DNA from: Eledone cirrhosa
Taxonomy: Eukaryota
Length of the DNA: 64,000 nucleotides
Direction of reading: 5' to 3'
Assembly: GCA_964016885.1 (NCBI GenBank)
Contig: OZ024740.1
Location: 303,676,001-303,740,000 of the forward strand
The notes below the pieces were generated by a model. The model ran no database searches. It was given only the letters and a program-made list of their open reading frames with translations, and was not told where the DNA came from. Position 1 is the stretch's first letter, and the number at the start of each line of letters is the position of its first letter. The translations under genes and the position numbers were made by a program. This document shows positions 1 to 12,989 of the stretch, in pieces.

Positions 1-214
1 TATTTATACTTATATATATGAACTATATACAATTATAAATACGAAAGGGTAGTATGTTGTACTACCTGATTACCAGTAAGAAAAATAGCTCAATGTAAAT
101 TATCACATTTATTACAGAGCAGAAATACAAAATATAAAAGAGCAGAAATAAAACAATCAAATGTATTAAGCAAGAATTTGATTGTTTTATATTTTGTATA
201 TATATATATATATA

Positions 215-751
215 TGTAGCGAAATCTGCCCACGCCTTGGATGACACCTAAAGGTCAAACTCTAGGTCACCACCCTTTTGGTGTGAATGGGTTCATGCGT
301 GGGCTATCCCCTCAAGGTGGGAAACAGAAAGTGACAGGTATATAAAGCCTGTATTTTCCCACCTTAGACACAGACAGATCGGAGCATTACGCCTACAACA
401 AGCTATGTAAAGATTCACCACTACCTTCAGGCCCCAGTGGTCTACAGTCAATTACAGACCATTACTACCTCTCTCTCTCTCTCTTGGTCTCAGACAAAAC
501 CAGACTCATGACGAGAACTACTACCACGGACTGCAAACACCAACAAACTTTATCTGGTCACTCACTGTTTTCACATCAACAACAAAATAACATTGTCAAC
601 CTTTGCAACTCGTGGTAACTTGATTATTCTTCTTTTTGACTCAAGTGAAGTAAACCTTTATATATAAAGTAAATCATTTATTCTTGTTAAATCATCTAAC
701 AATCATGTTAATCCATTTAACAAATTCTTACTAAAATAACCCTTCGTTATA
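215..751 (+). mobile_element. Probable solo LTR inserted in (TA)n
   Basis: Termini TGTAGCGAA...TTCGTTATA form an imperfect inverted repeat (TG...CA with CA>TA). Internal TATA box ggtatataaag at ~337; (TA)n on both sides. Confidence 0.55.
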
Positions 752-761
752 TATATATTAT

Positions 762-1100
762 GGAGGCACATGGCTTAGTGGTTCGAGCATTGGCCTTGCA
801 ATCGAAAGGTTGTGAGTTCAATTCTCAGACCGGGTGATGTGTTGTTTCCTTGAGCAAGACACTTTATTTCACATTGCTCCAGTTTACTCAGCTGTAGAAA
901 TGAGACTGGGGTCCCTATCATTCCACTGTAAAGTGATCGTGGAGGTGCCACGGCAAAAAAAGCACCCAGCACTCACTGTAAATGAGGTTGGTGTTAGGAA
1001 GGGCATCCAGCTGTAGAAATCAAGCCAGAATCAGTTCCCGTCCCACCCTTGCAAGCAGGGAAAAGTGGACGTAAAATGAAATGATGAAATGATAAATGAT
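762..1100 (+). mobile_element. tRNA-headed SINE with CORE-like domain and RTE-derived tail
   Basis: A box tggcttagtgg, B box gagttcaattc, CORE-like ttgagcaagacact...cagctgtagaaatg. The tail shares gttaggaagggcatccagctgtagaaa with the RTE 3'UTR. Confidence 0.8.
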
Positions 1101-1118
1101 ATATATGTATATATATAT

Positions 1119-3075
1119 ATCATCATCATCATCATCATCATTTAACGTCCATCTTCCACGCTAGCATGGGTTAGACGGGAGTTGTCCCACTTGAGGCAAG
1201 GTTGGTCGAGTGACCATGTCTCGTTCATATAGGACTATCTGGCAGGTTTTCTACGGCTGAATGCCCTTCCTAACACCAACCACATTTACAGTGTGGAACT
1301 GGGAACTTTTTACTGTGTTACCTACATGGTCACATTACAACATGGACTGTGTGTTTTTTTGTTGTGGCACCTACACAATCTCGATCTCATTTATTTGGAC
1401 TGGATGTTGTGGTACCTACTTTACAGAGAGAGGGTGGTGTTAGTGGGAGTGGGAGGATAGGGTAGGGGTAGTGGATTGGGGTGTATATTTGGTTAAGAGG
1501 TACCTACTGACTGTAGGTTTTGCTTTGTACATAGGCAAGGCGGGTCTTCTGTATTACTGCGTAGCGCCAAAGATCTCGGTCCAGTGACATTGTCTTGGAG
1601 AGGTGTAAGTGTGTGAGGTCGGAATTTATCAGGTTTTTCTGGGTCTTCCTACTCCATAACTACCATTGATTTTGATCGCCCTGCACTTTTTTATGCAGCT
1701 GTCGTCTTTCATGCGCATCACGTGACCATACCAACGTAGTCTTCTCTCAAATAAACAGCATCTGATCCCTCTTATTCCTAATTTCTCACTTAGTTCATTT
1801 ATGCTTTGCCGTTCACGTATATTACTATTACACATCCAACGGAGCATGCATGCTTCGTTCCTTTTTAGTCTGCGCAGGTCCTCTGCACGTAATGCCCATG
1901 TCTCACTGCCATGTAGCATTGCTGTTCGTATACAGGCATCATACAATCTGCCTTTCATTCTTAGAGAGAAACCTTTTGTGGCTCACAGCGGTATAAGCTC
2001 TCTGAACTTTTTCCATCCCGTTTTGACTCTGGCTACTGTACTTTCAGAGCACCCTCCACCACTGCTGATTTCGTCACCCAGGTAACAGAAAGTGTCTACT
2101 ATTTCTATAGAACCATCTGGGTAATAGAAGGAGCTAGTATCCTGTGGACACTTGTTACTTATTGCACCTGAGCATTGGCCACATATAAAGTCTACGTTCT
2201 TAGATAGTTTACCTGTGATCCCACTACATCTTTTATGTACCCATACTTTGCATTTGGGACATAAAATGGAATTTCTGCCTACTCCTTTCCTACACACTGA
2301 GCATGGCCATTTCCCTGAGGGCACCTGTACCCTATTTTCCTTTCTACAAACTAGAACTTTAGTCTTAGACAAGTTAACTTTAAGACCTTTTGATTCTAGG
2401 CCATGCTTCCATGTTTCGAATTTCTTCTCTAGTTCAGCCATTGATTCAGCTATGAGCGTTAGATCATCTGCGTATAGGAGTTCCCATGAGCAGCCGGTCT
2501 TGAACTCCTCTGTTATAGCCTGAAGGGCAATAATAAATAGGAGGGGGCTAAGGACAGAGCCTTGATGAATGCCAACTTTTACACTAAATTCTTCACAATA
2601 TTCATTGTTAATTCTAACCTTACTAACTGTTTCATTATATATGGCTTGTATAACTCTCACAAGCCATTCATATACACCTAGTTTTCTAAGAGTCCACCAG
2701 ATAGGGCTAAGTAGAGGGGTTTACTTTTAGCTAGGTACTTCTCTTGTAGTTGTTGTACAAGGAAAAGAGCATCAGTGGTACTTTTACCTGACACAAACCC
2801 AAACTGCATTTCATCTAGATAAATTCGCTCTCTGATTAGTTGCGCTATAACTCTTTCTGTGACCTTCATGACCTGGTCAACTAACTTAATGCCTCTATAG
2901 TTTCCCCTATCTAGAGCAGCCCCTTTACCCTTGTATCAGTTAATGATGATGCTGCTATGCCAGTCTTTCGGTATGACCCCATTCTGTATTACTTGGGTTA
3001 ACTATACGGGTGACCATAGTGTGTCCCACCATACCAGATGCCTTCAACATCTCAGCAACTATTTCCGAAGGCCTA
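1119..3075 (-). mobile_element. 5'-truncated, disrupted RTE-clade LINE (RT, PHD-like finger, 3'UTR, (GAT)n tail)
   Basis: ORF pieces 2678-2869, 1983-2660 (QGSVLSP, YADD) and 1629-1958 (RRLRWYGHVMR); (CAT)n at 1119-1141. Confidence 0.92.
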
Positions 3076-3238
3076 GCTGATGTATATGTATATATATATA
3101 TATATATACGTATATGAATACATACATGTATTTGTACATACACACACACACTGTTGACTCAGATGCAACTCCAAACAGAGAAAGAAGAATTCTTTTCAAA
3201 AACTAACAATGAATATAAATGAATGAGAAGGTAATTAC

Positions 3239-3355
3239 CATTTTGACATAAGCTTTCATCCAATCCATCACGACAGTCATTGTAGCCATCACACTTCCAA
3301 CTGAAAGGTATACAGTTCCCATCTGAACAACGAAACTGCTGGTTGGAACATGTTA
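3239..3355 (-). CDS. Host gene exon: LDL-receptor class A module 2
   Basis: [36 protein letters not shown]. Acceptor atttcag, donor G|gtaatt; 117 nt, phase 1-1. Confidence 0.92.
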
Positions 3356-3452
3356 CTGAAATATGACAACAGAATAGCAATATTATTCTTATAAAATTTA
3401 AATCAAACTTCAAAGCAATAAGACCAAAAAGTTTTACTCTGAGAGTTCCCCA

Positions 3453-3492
3453 TACTCTGAGGAAGGGATTTTTAAGTCTCGAAATATCAGGA
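3453..3492 (+). ncRNA. Degenerate minimal hammerhead ribozyme motif (Penelope-type relic)
   Basis: CTGAGGA-a-GGGAT..GTCTC-GAAA-TA-TC, with a short imperfect closing stem. Confidence 0.45.
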
Positions 3493-3528
3493 CAAAAAAA
3501 AAGATAATAATAAATACCAGGTAAGAGT

Positions 3529-3857
3529 GAAGGTGCATAGCTTAGTGGTTAGACCGTTAGCTTTCAATTGTGAGGCTGTGAGATTGATTCTTGGACTGAG
3601 TGATGCGTTGTGTTCTTGGCCAAGACATTTTATTTCACATTGCTCTAGTTCACTCAGCTGTAGAAATGTGTTGCAATGTCACTGGTGCCAAGCCGTATTG
3701 GCCTTGTCTTTCCCTTGGACAACATTGGTGGCATGGAGAGGGGAGACTGGCATGCATGGGCAACTGCTGGTCTTCCACAAACAACCTTGCCCAGGCTTGT
3801 GCCTCAGAGGGGTAATTTTCTAAGTGCAAATCTCATGGTGATTCATACCTTTTACCA
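3529..3857 (+). mobile_element. CORE-like tRNA SINE (alternative-tail subfamily)
   Basis: Same head and core as 762-1100; its tail matches the copy at 48649-48988. Confidence 0.75.
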
Positions 3858-4239
3858 GGTAACTCAAACTTTTTTGTTGCTTTCCTTTTACTGTCCATTA
3901 TGCATTGTCTTAGCCTTCCTAAACATATCATTTTCTACATTATATATTATAAACAATGTTTCAAGCAAGCTACAACTTCCTATCAATTTTTGTTTTCACT
4001 GGGCATATGGCCAGATCTTAAAAGGGAGGCTTGTTGTTGATCAACTTGACCTTCTTACACTAAACTTAATTGAGTCTCAAATAATGTTTTACTTGAAAGA
4101 AAAAGCAGCCGAATCCCACCCTACGATCTTTAAAAAACGGAAAAATGCTTTGGATAATAATAGCCCTAAACACTCCACTATACTAACAAAAAGGTTAAGT
4201 AGGTCATAGTTGGAAAACCTTTTTCAAATGATGTCGTCA

Positions 4240-4520
4240 TTAATAGTATGTGAAGAAGAGGTACAAAATTATGAGTTTGAAATGATGTTGTTAACTGTAT
4301 GTGAAGATGAAGTACAAAATTATGAGTTTGAAATTATGTTTAACTGTATGTGAAGATGAAGTACAAAATTATGAGTTTGAAATTATGTTTAACTGTATGT
4401 GAAAATGAGGTACAAAATTATGAGTTTGAAATTATGTCATTAACTGTATGTGAAGAAGAGGTAGAAAATTATGAGTTTGAAATGATGTTGTTAACTGTAT
4501 GTGAAGAAGAGGTAGAAAAT
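4240..4520. repeat. Minisatellite, ~49-52 bp unit, ~5.5 copies
   Basis: Repeated taactgtatgtgaaga(t/a)gaagtacaaaattatgagtttgaaat. Confidence 0.9.
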
Positions 4521-4859
4521 CAATTTTTTTTTAAATAAAAACTTTATATATGCTTTTATGTGAAAATGGATGTAAAACAAGTTCAGTAAATTGTTTTTTA
4601 AACATGAAATGGAATATATATGTGGGCCCTGATAAGAAAAACATCACGACTCATTCTCAGAAGAGAGCATTGCCCTAATTATTAAATTTGACTGCTTCTC
4701 GTAAAAACACTATAAAATATCATTCTCGAATATATTTCTTAATTATTATAAGATAACATTGTCAAGTTAGACAAAAAATAATATTTAAATGACACTAAAA
4801 AAAAGAAAGGAAAAGAAGATAAAGAAAAAAGAGAATGAAGCAATGAAGGAAAGGGGGGG

Positions 4860-5060
4860 GATGGGGGAAAGAGAGGAAGGGAAAGAGGGGGAGAGAGACA
4901 GATTCTACACCCCAGTCTGAGTGGTGATTCAGCAGTGCCCCACAGACAGAGTGTCAAAGGCATTGCCACGCCACAGAGAATGGCCAGTGAGACCCACAGC
5001 AACAGCCACCCAGCCTCAAGGGGTTTCTTCATCAAGTGGGGCTTCTGTCTTTCCAATTTT
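4860..5060 (-). mobile_element. Possible 3' relic of an RLE-type (CRE-like) non-LTR element
   Basis: EAGWLLLWVSLAILCGVA resembles the WLxQRLSLAxxRGNA C-terminal motif; heavily decayed. Confidence 0.3.
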
Positions 5061-5581
5061 GCAGAGAAATTATATTGTTTTCAGAATTGACTCATGAATT
5101 CTTACTAATACAGTCTCGTTATATTCCTAAACCTCAATAACTCTCAGCCTCTTATATGATTGTAAATTTACTTCTATTACTATAATACTACTACTTCTGC
5201 TGCTGCTTCTACTACTACTACTACTACTACTGTTGCTGCTGCTACTGCTACTACTCCTACTACTACTACTACTACTGTATTTAAAACAAAGCGAGGTTTC
5301 ACATTAAGGTCTTTATTGATTAAACATAGTTACAACCCATCTTTGAAATGGTTGTAATTGTGTATAATCAATAAAGCCCTTAATGTGACTTGCTTTGTTT
5401 TTAAAATATACACTGCCATAACACAGAGCGCTGATTTTGGTACCTTCCTCAGTAAACCATGAAACTACTGAACCACTTATTATCATTATATATATATAAC
5501 AGGATGTTTGCAACTAGAATCATAGGTCTACTCAATCAGGGCTGATCTGGGGCTAAACAACCACGATTTGAATATACTTAC

Positions 5582-5734
5582 ATATCATAGAAGTTTGTCT
5601 ATTAAAGTCATCTACACTGCAATTATTTTCATCACTGCCATCCTCACAATCTTCAGATTTATCACAGAGTTTCTCTTGAGGTATGCATCCTCCGGACAAA
5701 CATTGAAAATGTTTTTCAGAACAGGAAATTTGAA
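5582..5734 (-). CDS. Host gene exon: LDL-receptor class A module 1
   Basis: Not in the ORF track; hand translation gives [39 protein letters not shown]. Acceptor tttcatttag, donor gtaagt; 153 nt, phase 1-1. Confidence 0.92.
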
Positions 5735-6280
5735 CTAAATGAAAGAAAAAGAAGAAAAAGCATTATGAAGATAATATGTTTATATAAATAAAAAAATATT
5801 TACAAGGTGAAAAGTTTCTGGCTTTAACAGTATTGCAAAAGGGTAAAACTGTTACCTATACAGGGGAGGTAGGACTGCTGCAATAAGTGTGAATCTAAGG
5901 GAATATGTTGAATAAAATCATAATTAACTGATTCTCCTGTATTTTCTTTCACCCAAAGCCAGCCCTTTTTATATACAGATATATCTCTAAATGGTTAAAA
6001 AAGAAAATAGGATAAATCATTTTGAAGAAGACAAATCTAAAATTTCTGGCAAATTTCAGGGAGAAAGAGGAGTGATTCTTCCTGATATGTTAAAACTTTT
6101 TCTGCTTTCACTGCTGACACAGACTAATGTCAACAATATCCCCAGACATTTTGGGATTTGGGTTTTATTCCTTTGATCACTAATAAGACATTACTTATAT
6201 ATTTGTTATGTGAAAAGACATTTGGAAATGATGCAATGAAACCTTCAAAGATGAAAGACCCTCTTAAGAGGATGCATTTA

Positions 6281-6545
6281 TTAACCTTTTAGTTACCAAC
6301 CTGGCCAAAACCTGCTCTGATTCTATGAAACAGAACCACCCATTTTAAAGGTTTCCAATTTATATCAAAATCCTCCAACATAATTTTATATAAGTACCTT
6401 ACATTAAGTTACTATCTTAGTAATGAAATAATTAATAATTTTAGTAAAACCAGCTCTGGTTCAATGAAATAAAACCACCATTTTAAAGATTTCTAATTTA
6501 AATTAACATTTTTCAACATAATTTTATGTAACAACTTTACATAAT
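6281..6545 (+). mobile_element. Partial TTAA-flanked MITE; empty-site paralog of 41515-42844
   Basis: Starts ttaaccttttagttaccaacc and contains uninterrupted cctccaacataa|ttttatataag. Confidence 0.65.
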
Positions 6546-7789
6546 CACCATCATCACCATCATCAACCATTCATCCATGCTTGTTACACCCACCATACTG
6601 TCTTCAAACTCCACAGAAATCAAGACAACCACCAACATCATGCATACTTTCCAGATATTCTTGTATTTCTGTCCTTGTCTTTATGTCCTTGTCTTCCTCT
6701 CACTATTCTCACACCATTTTTCTTCCATCTTGTCTCCTACACACAACATATGTTCACACTTCTATTCAGTGCTCCCACCACTTCTCCCAATTCCCCTGTC
6801 ATCATCATTACATACCATGTTCCAAACTGTTTTCACAAGGAACATGAAGCATTTGGTGATCATAAGTGGACTGAACTCCTCCCTTGTTTTGACTGGGTTC
6901 CCTTCCTTGAATTTGATGAGAGGGTGTGGGGCCCCCATGTACTTCAGGCTGTTATTATACCCTTAATGTGGTCCTTTTTTATGTGTTGTTTTATAGCTGG
7001 ATGCCTTTCCCAGCACCAACTCTAAATAGAAAGACATGAGCACAAGTGGTGAAAGCTGATCTCAGGATTCTGAGCCTCACAAAGGAGGTGACAAAAGAAG
7101 ACTTGTGACAAGGTGTAGTGTTGGAGGATATCTGTCCAACCTTTGCAGGCATGGAGAAAATAAATACTTTTGGTTGTGTCATATTCCAAAGAATTGAAAA
7201 GCACCATTGAGAGTGAAGTCAGTAACTTTTAGTGGTGGTGATGATGATGAAATGATGATGATGAAGAAGAGGAGGGAGGCCGAGGAGGAGGCCGAGGAGG
7301 AGGATAATATCGATGACAACTATGACTGGCTAGCAATGATAACAACACTGACATTGATAATGAGTACAATGATAGGGGAAGGGTGTCATTGTTGTTGTTA
7401 AGATAATTTAGTTATAGATAATGGTTTGTTTGTGTATAATTTGATTGAAACTCCATTTCCCTTGCTCCTGTGTACAAACAGCTGTTGACTTTACTGTGTG
7501 TATATAGATGGTATATATCTAGTGTGTGCCTCTCGATATTTATGTAACTCTCAGTGATGTGTATGTGTGAGGGATTTGTGCTGTGCAAAGGTCTGTGGAT
7601 ATTCATTCACCAATACAATACACCTACAGACCTTGTACAGTTCCTTCTACTACTACTACTACTACTACTACTACCATTACTATTATTACTGCTACTACTA
7701 AAACAACAACAACAACTACTACTACTATTACTACAATAACCTTTGTTCATCTGTATTAGTTCCATGCAAGGGCAATATGACAGAGAAAT

Positions 7790-8560
7790 CCCTCATCGTC
7801 ATCATCATTATCGTCATCACCCATTTTTCCATGCTTGCATGGGCTGGATGGATCTTTTCCAGTACAGTTACCCTTGTCACAGTCCTTCGTCAACCCAACT
7901 GTCAGCTTCAGTAATTTGAGATCAGCTCTCACCACATCTGTCCAAGTCTTCCTTGGCTGTCCTCTACAGTAGCTCCCTTCCACTAGGATTTCTTGGCATT
8001 TCTTCACCCAATGAGCATCATCATCATTATCATCATTATCATTATCATCATCATCATTGTGTAATGTCCATTTTCCACGCTAGCATGGGTTAGACAAGCT
8101 GTCCCACTCCAGGAGTCTGGATCCTTCCTCATTTCTAGCACTAAATCTCTACCCATGGTGCATCCCCTAGAAGCCATCACTGTGTTGCCCGTGTCCATTA
8201 AAGTCTCTTGCTATGATTAAGAGTTCCTTGACAGTCACTAGGGAAGTAGTCTGTATTAGGGATTTGTGAAAGTCATCTTTTAGTCCATCTGGTAGTCTCA
8301 AACGCTGTGCATATGCAGATATGATTGTCACAGTCGCTCTATCTAGGACTATCCTGAGGTTAATTATTCTGTCATTTACTCTTATGTACTGCAATTACAT
8401 TATCTACCCATTTTTCTGCTAACAGAATACCTACTCCATTTAGCCTGTAATCATTTCCCACCTCCAAAAATCTACTCCCTTTCACTCTAACATCTCTACA
8501 ATTTCTCTGATCTTCCTCTCATTGTGCCTACATTAATGGCTGTAGCTCTGAAGTTTTGGA
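7790..8560 (-). mobile_element. Decayed RTE fragments (AP endonuclease start, C-terminus, tails)
   Basis: INVGTMRGRS, IISAYAQ, RDFNGH and GQPRKTW motifs with (CAT)n tails. Confidence 0.7.
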
Positions 8561-9225
8561 GTTTGCTGGAAAATGGGGTTGGGAGTGTTGGAAGGAGGGA
8601 TAATAATTTCAGTGGGATTATGTTATTGACCAGATCACAAAAAGTGTAATGAAAATTTTCATACACAAAATAAATGTAAAGGGAATTTAACAGTTTTCAA
8701 GTTAATAATTTGGTTTTATGTCATATAGTCTTAGAACCAAAGTGTTAATATCCTGGGTTCTTGTTAGGCTCTAAATCTTTTACATTTGGATCTTTTACAT
8801 CTACATTCATGCTTAATTTTATAATATACACATCTTCTTCATATCCCTGCATATCATAAGAGGCAATTAAAGGGCTTTCACCAGAAAATACATCCAACAG
8901 CAAAATATTGCCTCAAAAAGGATGCCATGGGGAGTATAAAGCCTATCATAGGGTATGCATGACTAACCCCTGCTTTAGTATACCTGACTAATCCCTGCTT
9001 TAGCAGGGGAAATGGCCTTAAAATGCTTATTGTTGTTTATTGTGGTGTCTTGTTTATTTCCTTAAATTATATGCAGGTAATTGAACAAAGGACAGTAAAT
9101 TACAAATTTCTATTTCGAAACAATGAAGCACAATAAACTGTAGAACTTAAAACTTTATTATTAATATTTTTTTTTTTTGTTGTTTAATCTTACATTTTCA
9201 ATTTTCTCGCAAGAAATTTCCTTAC

Positions 9226-9381
9226 CTTCCCTTGATGATGTCTGATGTGTTGAGGTTTCCACAGGAGTAAACTGACTGACAATTTCTTCACCATTTTCTG
9301 TCAAACAAGATGGAGCTAAACTCAAACTATTGCATAAAGCATCAAGGAAGGATGCAAATTCTTCGCAGTTTTCTTTAATGT
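9226..9381 (-). CDS. Host gene exon: C-terminal part of the Frizzled domain (Cys8-10) plus Ser/Thr linker
   Basis: Acceptor ttgtttcag, donor G|gtaagg; 156 nt, phase 1-1. Joining it to the 61659 exon gives PCAERCY-D-IKENC (Cx3Cx6C Frizzled spacing) and completes 10 cysteines. Confidence 0.85.
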
Positions 9382-9559
9382 CTGAAACAATAAATAAATT
9401 AGTTAGAACTTTCACATTTTCATATTCACCAGTTGGTTGAAATAAATATCCATCTCAATTGTAAGAGGGGAAGAGATACAGAGTGACAAGAAAACTGTTG
9501 AATGTCGGAAGAAAGAAAGTTATTAGCTACAGGGTATACTCAAGGGGGAAACAATCTAA

Positions 9560-9815
9560 ATATATATCTGAGTCCCATAACTCCTGAGGGAGTTGAAGGG
9601 ACACCATATTGACATAAGGCGTTTATAGAGCATCTTTTTTAATCCTGGAGGATTCCCATCTCCTCCCCAGGTCTGAATACAGCAGATTTCTTCCAGAGAA
9701 GGATAGAGAGTGAGAGAAAGGAAGTGAGAAATAGATATGGAGGTAGAATCAACCCCAGGACTAGACTAGTACTTTTTTATTGCTCTTGAATGGATGAAAA
9801 GCAAAGTTGACCTTA
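9560..9815 (-). mobile_element. Partial long-tailed SINE, same family as 12990-13321 and 18600-18915
   Basis: Shared acagcagatttcttccagagaag...ctagactagtact block. Confidence 0.6.
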
Positions 9816-10128
9816 ATTTAAATATATATATATATATGTTAAAGTAAACACCTTAATTTCACTACTTGTTCAGGCCGAGCCAGCCTACAGCTCTGTATGT
9901 AACTGAGGCTAATCAGCCCATGTACATAGGCGTCAAAACTATGTTTTTCCTATATTGTGATCCAGCAGAAAGTGAGGTAAAAGGGAGCATTACCTTGATA
10001 ACGACCATCAGTCAGAAACGATCATTGGTAATTTTCTCCCAGCTTCTGCTGGAACTCACTAGGTGGTGCCTCGCCATCAGCTTCCAAATTCATAGCTAAA
10101 GGCTTTCAAATGTTTATTCGTAAACATA

Positions 10129-11546
10129 CTAGAGAAGAAATTCCAAACATGGAAGCACGGCCTAGAATCAAAAGGCCTTAAAATTAACCTGGCTAAGACA
10201 AAAGTTCTAGTTTGTAGGAAAGAAAATATGGCGGCAGTCCCATCCGGGAAATGGCCATGCTCAGTGTGTAGGAAAGGCGTAGGTAGAAACTCCATTTTAT
10301 GTCCCAAATGCAAAGTATGGGTGCATAAAAGATGTAGTGGGATCACAGGTAAGCTAACTAAGAACATAGATTTTACATGTGGCCGGTGCTCTGGTGCAAT
10401 AAGTAGCAGCAAGTGCCCACAAAATACTAGCTCCTTCAACTGCGCAGAGGGTTCTATAGAAATAGTGGACAGCTTCCGTTACCTGGGTGACAAAATCAGC
10501 AGTGGGGGAGGGTGCTCTGAAAGTACAGTAGCTAGAGTCAGAACTGGATGGAAAAAGTTCAGAGAGCTTATACCACTATTAGCCGCTAGAGGGTTCTCCC
10601 TAAAAATGAAAGGCAGGTTATACGATGCCTGCATACGAACAGCAATGCTGCATGGCAGTGAGACTTGGGCATTGTGTGCAGAGGATATACGCAGACTAGA
10701 GAGGAATGAAGCTTGCATGCTCCGCTGGATGTGCAATAGTAATATACGTGAACGGCAAAGCATAAACGAACTAAGGAAAAAATTAGAAATAAGAGGGATC
10801 AGATGTTGTTTACTCGAGAGAAGGCTACGTTGGTACGGTCACGTGATGCGCATGAAAGACGACAGCTGTATAACAAAGTGCAGGGCAATAAAGATAGACG
10901 GTAGCCACGGAGTAGGCAGACCCAGAAAAACATGGGACGAGCTGATAAATTCCGACCTCACACGCTTACACCTCTCCAAGACAATGTCACTGGACCGAGA
11001 CCTTTGGCGGTACTCAGTAATAGAGAAGACCCGCCTTACCTAAATACAAAGTAAAAACCTACTACAGTCAGTAGGCATCTCTATCAAAACACCCCCCCGT
11101 CCCACCACCTCCACCCCATCCACACCGCCCCTTTCAATGTACAGTTATGTTGGTCCCACAACATCCAGGCCGAAACAAATGAGATCGTGTAGGTGTCACG
11201 ACAAAAAAACACACAGTCCACGCTGTAAATGTGGCCGTGTAGGCAACACGGTAAAAACCTCCCAGCCCCACACTGTAAATGTGGTTGGTGTTAGGAAGGG
11301 CATCCAGCTGTAGAAAACCCGCCAGACAGTCCACGCTGTAATGTGGCCGTGTAGGCAACACAGTAAAAACCTCCCAGCCCCACACTGTAAATGTGGTTGG
11401 TGTTAGGAAGGGCATCCAACTGTAGAAAACCCGCCAGACAGTCCTATGTGAGCAAGACAACCACTCTTGCCTCAAGTGGGAAAACCCCCGTCCAAACCCA
11501 TGCAAGCGTGGAACACGGACGCTAAACCTGATGATGATGATGATGA
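10129..11546 (+). mobile_element. 5'-truncated RTE-clade LINE, inverted relative to 1119-3075
   Basis: ORF 10228-11043 is nearly identical in protein to the first copy; duplicated 3'UTR unit; (TGA)n tail at 11529-11546. Confidence 0.93.
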
Positions 11547-11623
11547 TACCATATATCATTAGATATACAAAATACACATACTTATATGTATACAGATATG
11601 CTGGAGTGAACACCTTAATTATA

Positions 11624-11662
<39 letters not shown>

Positions 11663-12179
11663 GAACAAGAGAAGTGGAATTAGAATATGTAGAGGAAATA
11701 ATAATTCAACAGACGATGGATAGTAGACAGAAACACAAATATTTAATAAGAAATAAATAACACAATGAATATTTTTTATTCTTTTACTAATTTCCGTTAT
11801 TAGGCTACTGCCATGCTCGGGCACCACATTGAATGATTTCAGTTGATCATATCAACCTGAGTGTCTATTTGTTAAAATCTAGTACTTATTTTATCGATCT
11901 CTATTTGTTAAACTGCTAGGTTACAAACTACAAACAAACAGCATAAACACACACACATATAACAGAAGACACTTGCCCAAACTGCTAAAGCCACATGGTT
12001 GCGACATAGACTCCTTAACCACACAGCCATGCCTGTGCTTATTAAAAATAACACAGAATAACAAATAACAGACAGACAACGAATAAGTATATAATAAAAA
12101 GTAGACTAACATATTTCTTTGCAGTCAGGTTAATCATGGGTTTAAAGGTTTTCATGTCTTAATTATACTGAGCAGGCAT

Positions 12180-12960
12180 AAAGAAAAATGTTGAGAATAT
12201 TTGTTAATGTAGCAAAGTGAATTTCCAGGCTTGCTGTTATACAGAAGTTGCATGGTTTTTTTGCCCAAGGTGCCAAAATCACATGGTTTCGAAGTAGACA
12301 ATTTAACCACAGCCATATCTATGCCTATTAAAAATGATAAATAACTAACAGACATTGTTGTTCTTTTCAGAGTTTTCCATATGAGTTAGAAGAGTTTATA
12401 TTTGTTTCTTAGTTCCTAGATATGTGGTGTTATTGACATCTGATTGGATATTTAGGGGTTTCTAAATGCATGGATGTTGGAGTTTTATCTGAGTTCAAAG
12501 GGGTTTGATGTCATATCAATGTATACTATCATGATGGGATGTGTCTGGATGTTTCATTGGTAGACAATGTCATCAGTTTGGCATTGAGTCAATGGGGCAT
12601 GAGCTGGAGGTTAAAGTAATTACATAATTCTCTAGAGCTTTTTGATAATTTTTGTTGAGTTTAAGATTGCTTGGAGTGAAATTTTAGGTGGTGGAGTAGG
12701 AAATTTTGATCAGGTTTTTGTTAAATATTGAATCATATTTGTATAGAGTGGGAAAGCATTAAAAGAAATATTTAGCTACTCAGGCTGATATTTCTAAGCT
12801 GTGGATCATACTGACTAGTGTTTCTGTGTCTATTTTGATTTGGTATAATAGTTTGAGTCTTTATGTAATTAAGTTTTCTGTATACAGTTAGCAATTACAG
12901 CTATTTTCCTGACCTGGCATACCTAACAGGCCAGTTCAACATCTGTTAATTCCTTTATCT
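12180..12960 (-). mobile_element. Decayed Penelope-like GIY-YIG endonuclease relic
   Basis: Hand translation SCP..QCQTDDIVYQ...IVYIDMTSNPFELR*N...AFRNP, with stops and frameshifts. Confidence 0.55.
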
Positions 12961-12989
12961 CTTACTCTCTTTCATTCCTCTCACACAAT

